A stretch of DNA of 64,000 nucleotides from Octopus vulgaris. Its lineage: Eukaryota. Of this stretch, positions 52,201 through 64,000 are shown one piece after another. Numbering within the stretch: position 1 is the first letter of the stretch; each line of letters starts with the position of its first letter. The position numbers and the translations under genes were made by a program. The DNA lies in NCBI GenBank assembly GCA_951406725.2, contig OX597818.1, positions 25,420,001-25,484,000 of the forward strand, read 5' to 3'. The notes under the pieces were generated by a model. That model ran no database searches. It saw only the letters and a program-made list of their open reading frames with translations, and was not told the origin of the DNA.

Positions 52201-53039
52201 AGAGTAAAAGAAGCTAGAGTGCGTTTATCTTTTTTTTCCCCGAAATATACCGAAAAATTTACCGATTGCTACCGAAGTCACTCGATGCATTTGGAATAGT
52301 GTTGTTATTGTGAGTGCGAAAGATACTAGTTCCCCTTTTATTTGCTAAACATTTTACCATCACGCAACGCTTTGCTTCGGGACAAAATTATGGCTTATCA
52401 TCTAGTTTATTCGTGTTATATCATTTCTTCCTTTAACATCCATTGATTATCAGTGTTTCTGTCTAGTAAAATTTGTCTGCTGATTGACGAAGCGAAGATA
52501 AACTTAGCTGAAGTAAACCTTCGCTTTGTATTTCAAGAAGTCAGTGTTCCTTTGTATATTCGTGTAGTGCGCTCCCTCTTTCTCTCTCTCTCTCTGTCTG
52601 TCTCTCTCTCTCTCTCTTCCTCTCTGTAATGTATGTTTTGCTAACCACATATTTAAGTATTGCAACTTCATAGGCCTACTGTGTGACCCATATCAAAACC
52701 AATTTTTTGTTAAACAAGATTAATGGTTCAAACTACGGGCACCGACTTTAAGAAACTTAGCTAAAACCCTCTATTATCTTAATTTGACATCTGTTTTTCT
52801 CTATAACCAGTTTTATCTTTTTCTATCTCACTCTATTTATAGATACTATTTTTAATCTAAATAATATCGACCTGTGATATACATTAACACAGTCATCATT
52901 CACTCACAGCCTCCTATAAGAGAGGCTGGCTACCTGGTAAGCATTCTCCAGGGGGGGAATATCCGAGAAAGTCATCCTCTACATTCGTAACTTGACGTCT
53001 ATAAACTACAACACCCTCTACTCTCGGGTCCACCAAAGT

Positions 53040-53232
53040 ATGCACTTTATGTTTGACTGGGAGACGGAAGCCGATCATATCTCATTTGATGACAGTGACC
53101 GTTTCGAGGAGGATTCTCTGTGCTCGTGGAACAGCGAGCCCGAGAGTCTGTGCAACAACTGGAGAGGATGGAAGAGGCAAAATGGAGGCCAGGCTTTTCC
53201 AGCGCAGCAGCAGCAACAGCAGCGAACCACTG
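53040..53232 (+). CDS. ZSWIM8: ZSWIM8 (Dora/EBAX-1) first coding exon
   Basis: MHFMFDWETEADHISFDDSDRFEEDSLCSWNSEPESLCNNWRGWKRQ matches the characteristic ZSWIM8 N-terminus (SFEDSDRFEEDSLCS..SE.ESLC.NWRGW); phase-1 donor G/GTAAGA. No further exon recognised in the window. Confidence 0.92.
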
Positions 53233-53696
53233 GTAAGAAAACAAATAAAATACATTGAGAATTTTCTCCAAGCTTACACTTTATGTTTTTCTATATTTTA
53301 AATCTATGCATATGTGTAAATATATATATTTATGTTTATTTATATGGTCTACTGAACCTCGCACATCGTATATGTATATCTAATGACTAAATTTAGGTAT
53401 ATGTGTACTCATTGTCAATTGTATGTGTAGCTGTCAGGAGTGCATATATTCTCAATTTTTCATTATCCAAAAATATTCAACGAAATCAGAATACACGAAC
53501 TGAAATTTTACCTACAAATGAATATTTAGCTGATTATTTAGATCACTATATTGTTTATCACTTTCATTATATCGGAATACTCTTTCCAATTTTTTTTAAA
53601 ATTTCTTTTGCATATATGTTGAAGATAAAGAAAAGCCAGCGTATAAACAGTTATGAATTTTGCATAAATGATCTAATGCAGATGTGACATGATCAT

Positions 53697-53699
<3 letters not shown>

Positions 53700-53771
<72 letters not shown>
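53700..53771. repeat. Pure (TA)n microsatellite
   Basis: Direct reading. Confidence 0.95.
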
Positions 53772-53777
<6 letters not shown>

Positions 53778-53999
53778 CTCAAACGATTGTGTGTGTGCAA
53801 ATGTGTATGTAAGTGTTTGTATGCATATATTAATACGAATGTATATAAATATATAGGTGTTAGTGTTGTATATGTACACGCACATGTGTATGTTGTAGGA
53901 ACACAAACTGTACAACTGAGGATCCGAACCTTTTCCTTTTTATTCTCCGCCCCCCAGGAAACTTTTCAATGATAAATTTAATCACCTCTCGTTTCACTT

Positions 54000-55450
54000 C
54001 ATTATGGGGATGCACAGATACCTGAACCAGACAATATTAGTCAATGAAGGCCTTGTTGCTTTCATCTACGTAACCCTATTGTAGTGTTTGAAAGTAAGGC
54101 TCATGTTGTTTTTGAGGGTCACCGATGTCAAGGAGCCTGACACAAATAGTTGCATTTGGTTGGGTGATTTCAAAAACCTGCTTTATCTATGGAGAAAATT
54201 CTTCAGTTAATCCTAACCTTCACTTGAAAAGTACCTATTGCAAGTATTAAATTTGTCACGACGAATTGTAGAGTATTGAAGATCAGTCTTAACACGAGTC
54301 ATTATAAATGTTTTCTCATTTGCTAATGAAATTATCTGAGAGGTAATAATATTATCAAAATAATCGTAGAATTTTTTTTTAAAGCAGTCAGAAACTGACA
54401 TATTTCAACGTCAAGTATTGAAATATTGTTTCGTTCACCTGCCTCCTGGATTTAGTAAAATCTGCATGATTGCTGCTCTGAGTCCTACTACTCCACAGAA
54501 CTAATTTCACCAGAATTTGTTTCATGTAGCAATAACGGTACCGCTCCTTTCTTGTGTTTGAATATTGAACTGATTTAAATGTAAAAGCTATCTGTCAAGT
54601 AAGATAATATTCCATTAAATTTGTTATAAAATCTGGTTTCCATTCTCAAAAAAAAAATCTCCAATTCACTCCATACTTCGAAAACCCAAGACGAAACAAG
54701 CCCTCTCGAGCAATCGCACCTCAGTGTGGTAGAGAAGGATAGCATGTTTTCATCCCACTTGGTCACAATTTTATAAACATAATTGAAAATTCGTGCTCTA
54801 ATAAAATCCAGACTTTCAGTTACATACTGCAAAATAAATTTCCAGTAATCTGGAAATGTTTTCTTATCAGTACATGTCGAAGGACACAATGGGAAGAAAA
54901 CGTGTAGTAGTCTTTCACAAGTTTTGTAAATACAAACGTAGCACCAATCATAGCAAGAATCCCACCCGTGTACTACAAACCCACATTATTCAATGAAAAT
55001 TTTTTCTGCTTAAGGAAATTATCTATTTTGTTCAGAATGCCCACTGCATTTGTTGTCTCTCCAAATTTTCACACATCTAGAACTGTTCTGTCAACTGTCC
55101 TCAATGACCATAACAATCATGCTGAGTTCAACATCAGTTGATTCTTCCAATTAGCAAATGATTGTTATAGATTTGCACAAATTTCATCCACTGTTTGATT
55201 TACCAGGCTCTGTGACATCTCACCTAGATGAGATCATACTATATTGTTTGATAATGAAATTTTCCAACTTTCTTTTCTACAAATGAGTCCAGCCATAGCA
55301 CATGATTACTCAAGTTCTTCCCAAATGTATGTAGTTCCTTTTCTATTGCTATTTTTAGACTAGCATAGTAAGTTACTTCAAATTTGGCTTTGTTTTCAGG
55401 CATGACTCCCAGATTGGGCAATATTTTATCTGCATGAAATCAGGCAGATT
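54000..55450 (-). mobile_element. Degraded hAT (Charlie/Buster-like) transposase
   Basis: Remnant motifs SLSNNIV, LEESTDV and (W)LSRG..VFE..ELEIF. Confidence 0.6.
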
Positions 55451-57169
55451 TGGCTATCAAAGCTTTCCAACAATCATCTATCTGTGTTGACTAAAAGCAA
55501 GTTGAGCTTTCATAATAGGAAGCTTCAGACATGCAATACCCTGTAGTTAACAACAAAAAAATATATTGTGATTTCTGAAAAACTTCTGATAAATTCAAAG
55601 TCCACTTATCACTCAAGATAAGATCTCTTCTTTGGTGAGATAGATTAATATGTTCACTTTGGCACCCCAGCATGGCCACAGCTCTCAAACTTATTATAAA
55701 GTCAAAATGGCAAATATAGAATGTGTGATGGTTTTCTTAACTTTACTATAAATCATGAACTCTAAGATTTCTAAATACAGTACACCAACATTTGTCTAGT
55801 GGCTCACAATGAAATGAATCAACTATTATTTTGAATGACAAAATATATTGATGCATATGTGAATAGTTTCCAGGACATTTATAAGGAAAAAGTGACCCAC
55901 ATTAGACTCCTCACTCAGTTTAACTACGGTCTGTCCACAGCACTTACTTAGCATTACCTGCCACTCTTTGGGACTTCTAGATACCGATACCTCTCATATA
56001 TATATACATACACACACACAAATTACTCGGTTCCTTCCCTGGTGTCACTCCTATATATTCAAGCATGCATATCGTGTGGCTTTTTACACAAATTCCTTTA
56101 CATGCCATGTTGTTAGAAATGGAGTGGTTACAGGAACATTTGTACCAAATGATAAAGTTGTGGAATATGTATATATAAAAGGGTAAAGGCCCTCTTTGGT
56201 CATGAATGGCCATGGGATTGCACTTAGAAAGTTAGAATCCAAGGTATAGGTCCAGGCAAGGTTTATGGAAGACCAGCAGTTGTCCATGCATACCAGCCTC
56301 CCTTCTCTGATGTTATCCAAGAGAAAGGCAAAGGCTGATACAGCTTGGCACCAGTGACATCGCAACTCATTTCTACAGCTGAGTGAACTGGAGCAACATG
56401 AAATAAAGTGTCTTGCTCAAGAGCACAACACACAGCCCAGTCCAGGAATTGAACTCACTTTCTCATAATTGTGAGTCCAATGCCTTAACCACTGAGCTAT
56501 GTGCCTTTGTGTGTGTGTATTTACACACACACACACATATATATATTCAAAAGCAGAAAAGACAGACAAATAATAGTAGTTATAATGATTGTATTCACAT
56601 GGAAAGTTGCATATATAATTAAATGATGTAATCAAGTCCTACCTTTACAACTGATTTAGATAATTAATGCTATAACCATGTGTAATGTTAATGAGGTCCA
56701 ACAATATTGTAGGTGCATAGAGAGGTATGAATTTTGAGAGACTCATGGGGATTAGGTCCTGTTACTCTCATCAGAAATCACTGGCAAATCGCTTAGTAGA
56801 GAACAGTGCTTATAAATATATATATAAATGCAATACAGAAAGATAAGAGTAGTATACTCTTATCTTTTTTTCTTATTGAATTATATTAACACTGTTTTCC
56901 ACTAAGCTATTTGCTAGTGTCTTCTGATGATGATAAAATGACTTTACCCTACAGGTCTCTCAAAATCCTTGCCTGTCTCTATACCTTTAATATTGTTGGA
57001 TCTCATTGCAAAATATTACATAGTTATGACATCAATCATCAATTAAATTGTACATGCAACCATTCATGTAAATACACTTTTTATGCTTGTTTATCTGTCT
57101 TTTCTGCTTCCATACCAACTCAACGGATGTTGTTATACCAACTATCTACCTCACCACTACCTTATCTTA

Positions 57170-57900
57170 TTAAAGAGGTTTGTGTTGATGGTTTAGATTT
57201 TGGAATTTACTGATGACATTGTCTTGCTGGGTGAAGATAATAAAAATCTACAGGATCTCACATTAGAACTAGAACAGAATGCAGGAAAGATTGGTCTGAG
57301 AATCAATGTGGAGACGATCAAAACAAGGAATATTACAAATGATGACTGTCAAGCATCAACAATCATACAGATCACTTAGCAAAATATCAAGACAGTAGGC
57401 AAATTCCCCTATCTTGGTAGCATCATCAGTAACAATGGCAATATTGAAACTAACCTTAACCATGGAATTGGCAAAGCCATGGCCATATTCCAGAGAATGC
57501 ATGCTATTTGGTCCTCCAGTACCATCAACTTACACATAGTTCTACCAACATTTATGCTAGCGAAACATGGAAAGCATTGTGAAATTTGACACAAAGCTAG
57601 ATGTGCTCCATCAAAGATGCTTGAGAAGGATTCTGAGAATGTACTGACAAGACCACATAACCAATGAAGGCATTCTAAAGAGAGTCAATATAAGTCCACT
57701 ATGTGAAATCATCACTGATTGAAGATTAAAACTAGCAGGTCACATACTCTAGTTACCAGAACAACACTATTCTAAAACAGCTTTCAAATAGACACCACTG
57801 GAGGTGAAAAAGAAAGAGGTTGACAAAAACTACATGGTGCCAAACATTGGAAACCAACATGAAAGAAGCAAATATCACATGGCTAGTTGCAGAGAAATTT
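57170..57900 (+). mobile_element. Degraded RTE-type LINE 3' part
   Basis: FTDDIVLL...KIGLRIN, FPYLGSIIS, HQRCLRRILR, LAGHIL motifs. Confidence 0.75.
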
Positions 57901-58129
57901 GTAGATGATTTTATGGTTCAGGGATGGAGTCAGTGTCAATTATAGGTGGAGAGAATGATGGATAAATATCAAGGAAAAGCTACAGTTAGTAAGATGAAAT
58001 GTGATGGGGATGTCTTTGGGAGGAAACTGACCAATACACCGGTCCCAGTGTTCCTGCCACTTTTGGAGTCTGGCCTGGAAATTGTTTTCTGTAAACAAAT
58101 CAAGAACCTTTTGTAATTCACTCTAAATC

Positions 58130-58570
58130 TTGGCAACAGTGACCTTTGAGCTGTATTTTCATCTTAGGGATGTCTGCAGGTGCTAAATCTGGCAAATAGA
58201 GCAGATGTGGAAGTGATACCATGTTGCTTTCGGTGAGAAACTTGTGAATCACATGAACTTGGTGAAGAATCCTATTCTTCATGTTCCACAGATCTGATCA
58301 CTTTCACCAAATGCTTCAAAATGTTGCAGCAGAACTCTAGATTGAAGGTCTGACCTTGGGGGATGGATTCTCAATGCATAATACCACATTCCTGGGGGTG
58401 ATGCTTGTGATATGTCTTCTAGATTGCTCATCATCTTCCAGGGACATTCTACTTTCAAAGAGCCCTGGCCATTTGCAACATTGCATGCGACCAATTGCCT
58501 TGTTACCATAAGTTTGCCAAAGCATGCTCAATGTCTCTATAGCAGAGTTCCAAACCTCAGTTACACCGAG
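58130..58570 (-). mobile_element. Mariner-like fragment
   Basis: Mariner-type remnants (ETLSMLWQTYG; DLAPAD-like motif). Confidence 0.45.
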
Positions 58571-58853
58571 TTGGATGGGTCTTGAGAATTGCATATTGCC
58601 AGCTATCCCTTATATTTGTCTTCTCTTCTCTGAGGTCCTTAGATCAACCTTCATTCCATGTATTCCTAGTTCTCTCTGTTCTGCTGGTTCCAACCACATT
58701 AAGTGATCAGTTCATCTTAATACAGCTATCTTCATCCATATACCTCATGTAACCAAACAAGCTCAGTCATCATACATTGCACATCCAATGAAGCATACTC
58801 CGTTTATTTCCAGTTTTCTCAAGTCTTCTGCATTCACGCACATATATACATAT

Positions 58854-59775
58854 CGAAGACCCGGCAAGACTAGTCAGTCCACCTGTGCATACCTTCCTCT
58901 TGTGACACTTGTGAAGACCGGTTGAGGCAAGTGAAAATCAAATCAAATCAAATCAAATCAAATCAAAATAGACAAAATAGATGAACATCAATGGAATTTG
59001 TATCTTGTGGTACCAGTGCCTGTGGCACACAAGAAATCCATCAGTGCTGTAGTCAGTGCAGTGGGCACATGACAAACACCATCCGATCGTGGCCGTTCGC
59101 CAGCCTCATCTAGCACCTGTGTCGGTGGCACATAAAAACACCATCCGAAGACCCGGCAAGACTAGTCAGGCCATAACCCATGGCCCCTACCTGGGACGTA
59201 GTCAGTCCACCTGTGCATACCTTCCTTCTTGTGACACTTGTGAAGACCTGTTGAGGCAAGTGAAAATCAAATCAAAACAAATCAAAATAGATGAACATCA
59301 ATGGAATTTGTATCCTTGTGGTACCAGTGCCGGTGGCACGTGGCACATAAGAAAACCATCCGAACGTGGCCGTAGCCAGTACCGCATCGACTGGCCTCCG
59401 TGCTGTGGGCACGTAACAAGCACCATCCGATCGTGGCCGTTTTGCCAGCCTCATCTGGCACCTGTGTCGGTGGCACATAAAAACACCATCCGAGCGTGGC
59501 CGTCTGCCAGCCTCGTCTGGCACCTGTGTCGGTGGCACATAAAAAACACCATCCGAGCGTGGCCGTTTGCCAGCCTCGTCTGGCACCTGTGTCGGTGGCA
59601 CATAAAATCACCCACTACACTCTCGGAGTGGTTGGCGTTAGGAAGGGCATCCAGCTGTAGAAACACTGCCAGATCTGACTGGACTGGTGCAGCTTTCGGG
59701 CTCCCCAGACCCCAGTTGAACCGTCCAACCCATGCTAGCATGGAAAGCGGACGTTAAATGATGATGATGATGATG
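58854..59775 (+). mobile_element. RTE 3'-UTR-only element with internal duplication, (AAATC)n and ~62-bp repeats
   Basis: Starts at GAAGACCCGGCAAG (the RTE ORF end); 58854-59145 is duplicated from 59146; ends in (TGA)n. Confidence 0.85.
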
Positions 59776-59786
59776 TGTGTGTGTTC

Positions 59787-60667
59787 TAAAAGTATCCAAC
59801 TTTATTTTTCCCTGTCAAAACTAATGCCACATAGGCAAAATCCTTTGGGTGGAGATTACACCAGCTTTCTTGTGCATGCTTGAAAATTTTCACACCAGTA
59901 GGCTGTGTCAGTTACCGACCATTACACTTATAGTACAGGCATATAGTGTATGCTAATCAGATTTTTGTTTTCAGGTAAGATAACCAAGCACATTGAGCAG
60001 AGACCATAAATCCATGTCTCATCACTAGTGATAATGGTCTTCATGAAGTCTGGGTTGTGCTTTGCACAGTTCAGCATGTCCTGATTGATTTCCATGCGAA
60101 GTTGCTTCAGCTGCTCTGCCAGCACCTAGGGGATGAATTCTGCTGGCATTTTCTGCATGCACGAATCCTCCATTAAATTAGAATAACACTGATCTTGTAC
60201 TTATTTCCCACTTTTTGAGCAATTTCCTGGATTGTTACGCAAGTCTTCCACGACTATTTGCCACCTTCTCAATTGGCTCCTTGTTTCAGCTTGTGGATGG
60301 CCTGCCTTGCTCTCTACTAAGGTGTGATCATGTTTAAAGCAATTGTACCACTCCTTGATCTGAGTTTTTCCCATGACATCATCGCCAAAGGTTTACTGGA
60401 TCTTCTGGAAGGTTTGAGCTTAAGCACCACCAAGCTTTTAGTAAAGTTTAATGCAGTATCTCTGTTCAGTGCATTAGGTGAAAATGAAAATCCATTGAGT
60501 GTACACTAGATATCTGTACTCTAGGCATAACAGCCAGGAACTGACACAGCCTACAGACCTCAAAAGCTTTCAAGCATATACAGGAAAGGTGGTGTCACCT
60601 CCCACCCAAAGGATTATGCCTAGACAGCATTAGTTTAGGTGAGGAAAAACACAGTCAGATACTTTTT
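59787..60667 (-). mobile_element. Internally deleted mariner-like element
   Basis: PDFMKTIITSDETWIYG (first catalytic D region); long imperfect inverted ends. Confidence 0.7.
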
Positions 60668-60669
60668 GT

Positions 60670-60985
60670 GAAAGAGGTCAACCCAGGAATACATGGGATG
60701 AGGTGTTGATGTATGATCTTTGGATGTTTAGTCTCATTGAGACTGACAAGTAACTGAGATCTTCAGCAATTTGCAGTGCTTGAGAAGACGTGTCAAGCCA
60801 AGTGAAATAGTCATGACTTGTAAACGGCACCCACTACACAATAGAGTGGTTAGCATTAGGAAGGGCAGTTAGCTGTAGAAACCAAGCCAAAGAGATTGGA
60901 GCCTGGTGCAGCTCTCCAGCTTAGCAATTCCAGTGAAACCATCTAACCATGCCAGCATGGAAAATGGTTGCTAAATGATGATGAT
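60670..60985 (+). mobile_element. RTE 3' fragment lacking the repeat array
   Basis: Homologous to 10390-10515 joined to 10945-11110. Confidence 0.75.
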
Positions 60986-61315
60986 TTTTTTAAATTTACC
61001 TTAAAAACATTATGTTGGCATATATTTTCAGATATATTAATTTGAATGATACAACAGACATGATTGTCGGCTTTATATGCTGAATTCAACAATTAAAGAT
61101 GTGATTTTCTCTATTTGAATTTTTGTTGTCTAATACTCTGAAATTCTTGTAAATGATATTTCGGTCTACTCGTCATACATGAGGAATTACCTTGGATGTA
61201 TATTCTACTTGCATTTATTGGTGTCTGATTGTTTGATATAGTTAACCAAACTTGATTAAAATTGAGTGCTTTATTGATATCTGCCTGGATTTTTCAATCC
61301 CCTTTTTCTTTTATA

Positions 61316-63230
61316 TCATCATCATCATCATCATCAGTTAACATCTGCTTTCCATGTGGGCATGTGTTGAAAAGTTTGACTGAGGACTGGCAAGCCAGAA
61401 GGCTGCACCAATCTCCAGTCTGATCTGGCAATGTTTCTACAGCTAGATGCCCTTCCTAACACCAACTACTCCGAGAGTGTAGTGGGTGCTTTTTATGTAC
61501 CACTGGCATGAGGGCCAGTCAGGTGGCACTAGCATCGACCACACTCAAATGTTGCTTTTTACATGTCACCAGCACAAGAGCCAGTCAGGCAGCACTGGCA
61601 TCGACCACATTCGTATGGTGAATTTTACATGCTACCAGTATGGGGGCCAGTCTGGTGGGACTGGCATTGACCATGCTCAAATGTTGCTTTTTACATGCCA
61701 CCAACACAGGTGCCAGTTAAGCAGTACTGGCATCAGCCACAATAATGATTTTACTTGATTCAACAGGTCTTCTCAAGCACAGTTTATTGCCCAATGATTG
61801 AAGACTACTCTTAAGTCTACCTTTCATTCTGAGTGAGAGGCCCTTTGTAACTAGCAGAGGTAGGAGCTCTCTGAACTTTGCCCAGGCTATTCTTATTCTA
61901 GCAGCTACGCTCTCAGAGCATCCACCCCAGCTACTGTCTTAGTCACCTAGGAAATGGAAGCTATCAACTACTTCTAGTTTTTCCCCTGGGATGTGACAGA
62001 AGCTGTTTTCGGCACATTTTCAGTGTTTATTGCCCCTGTACATTTGCTACATACAAAAACTATCTTCCCAGTTAGCTCTCCTTTGATATTGCTGCACCTC
62101 TTGTGTGTCCATAGCTTACACTGGGTACATCTTAGGGAGTTTCTACCAACGCCTTTTCTACAGACTGAGCAGGGCCATCTACCTGAAGGGATTTGTGATT
62201 TGTCTGCCTTCTTACTTACTGAGATTTGGTTTTTGCTTGATTGACTCTATTGCCTTTCTAGTCCTTGCTTCCACACCCTAAACCTCGTCTCTAGTTCTGG
62301 CAGTGATTCAGCTATTAGAGCAAGGTCATCAGCATAGAGGAGCTCCCAGTGGATTCCTGTCTTGAATTCCTCTGCTATTGCCTGGAAAACTATGGTGAAT
62401 AAGAGGGGACTGAGGACTGATCTTTGATGAACCTCTACCCAGAATTCTTCACTGTACTCATTGCCAACCCTCACCTTACTGACAGCATCCCTGTACATGG
62501 CTTGTACAACTCTCACTAACCACCCCTCTATCCTTAGTTTCTGCATTGACTACCAGATAAGAGATCAGGGGACCCTGTCAAAGGCTTTCTCCGTGTCAAC
62601 GAAAGCCAAGTACAGAGGTTTATCTTCGGCTAGGTACTTCTCCTTCAACTATCTTACCAGAAATATAGCATCAGTGGTGCTTCTCTCCCTGGCAGAAACC
62701 AAATTTGCATCTCATCTAAACTAACTCTCTCCCAATTAGTTGGGCTATGACCCTCTCCATGACTTGTATTACCTCAACAACTTGATACCTGTGTAATTAC
62801 TTATATCTAATGCGTCACCTTTACCTTTGTAGCAGTTGACTATGGTACTGCTACACCAGTCATTGGGTATGACTCCTTCATGTATCACCTAATTGACTAT
62901 ATGGATGACTAGACTGTATCCCACACCACCAGATATTTCAAGCATCTCTGCGGTGATTCCTGATAGGCCGGGGGCTTTCCCGGTCTTCATACCCTTAATT
63001 GCTTTCTCAACCAAGGTACTGTCAGTTCAGATAGTTGGTCCCTCTGTTGGGTCAACATTTGGCAGACTCTCCTCCTCCCATTCATTCTCTTCATTTAGCA
63101 ACCTTTCATAATGATGTCTCTAAGTCTCTCTCTTTGCAGCCTCATTAAATGTAAGTTAGCTATCATTCATGTGGACACGTTTCTCTCCAATGATATCATA
63201 ATTCTCTCTCACACACTGTCTGCAACACAA
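61316..63230 (-). mobile_element. RTE-clade LINE of the same family, truncated with internal deletion
   Basis: ELLYADDLALIAES RT motif; homologous to ~8750-10085; deletion near 61815; UTR repeats and (TGA)n tail at ~61316-61336. Confidence 0.9.
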
Positions 63231-64000
63231 AACACTGCTCTGCAATCAGTTCAAAATCTGACATATGGTACACCATGCACCTGTTCTGGCAATGTCAATT
63301 TGATGGAGGTGATGAGCTAATGTATTTGATCACTATAAACAAATCATTTGTTCAGCATGAAATTACAGAACTGTCTTTCTCAGATGAGAGACTACTTCAT
63401 ACATACATATACACACACACATACCATATGTGTGTGTGTGTTCTGTGTAAATAGTATAAAAATTACCAAAATAATTCCAAGAGGGATGGGACATATTCTA
63501 CAAGAATTCGTTTATGAATGCATCGAGGGCTGCAGGGTCTCCTTTTACTTAAGAAATAATATTCTTAAACTCTCGACTTTTCATATTCAGCCACATACTT
63601 CCACAGAAGAAATTAATATGACAACAATCTCACTCACATACAAACAACACACCTAGAATACACATTTTCACACCCCATATTATTCTGCAATATACAAAAT
63701 ATATACATACACACTTCTATATAAAAAAAAAAACACATTGTAGTATAGACATATCTACATGCATTATATATATATATATGTGTAGGAGAGGGTACACAAA
63801 AGAAACTGAAATTTTGCAATATTATTTTACTTAGTTTTACATGTTTACACTTTTATCACCATCAAAATATTCTCCATTTGAAGCAATGCATTTTCCAATG
63901 TTGGAACTCTTGCAAAGTGATGCCTTTTAATGCCTCTGTCGTTTTTTTCTTCACCCCTTCCACATCTGTAAATTCATAGCACCAGCTTTCGTCACCAGTG

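Noticed and set aside
59010-59610. CRISPR-like regularly spaced repeats
   Set aside because: Whole units repeat with no unique spacers, there are no cas genes, and the array is part of a eukaryotic RTE 3' UTR.

Overview
AT-rich, microsatellite- and transposon-rich metazoan DNA; the SINE/RTE/Penelope content suggests an octopod cephalopod (inference). Three genes: (1) the last 7 coding exons of a PSD/EFA6 Arf6-GEF (Sec7 end, PH, coiled coil; + strand, 2659-17958); (2) a complete RPS14/uS11 gene (- strand; TCT/TOP non-coding exon near 52056-52088, four coding exons, 151 aa); (3) the first coding exon of ZSWIM8 (+ strand, 53040-53232), head-to-head with RPS14. Main find: RPS14 intron 2 holds four copies of a SNORD55/U55-like C/D snoRNA with a guide complementary to 28S rRNA. 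Three copies lie in a tandem array whose swapped 8-bp target-site duplications point to unequal recombination between two flanking MITEs; a TTAA MITE and a CR1 LINE inserted later. Also notable is an inverted Penelope-like element whose terminal repeat carries a tRNA-like Pol III module and a minimal hammerhead ribozyme. All calls were made by eye, and repeat boundaries are approximate unless TSDs are given.
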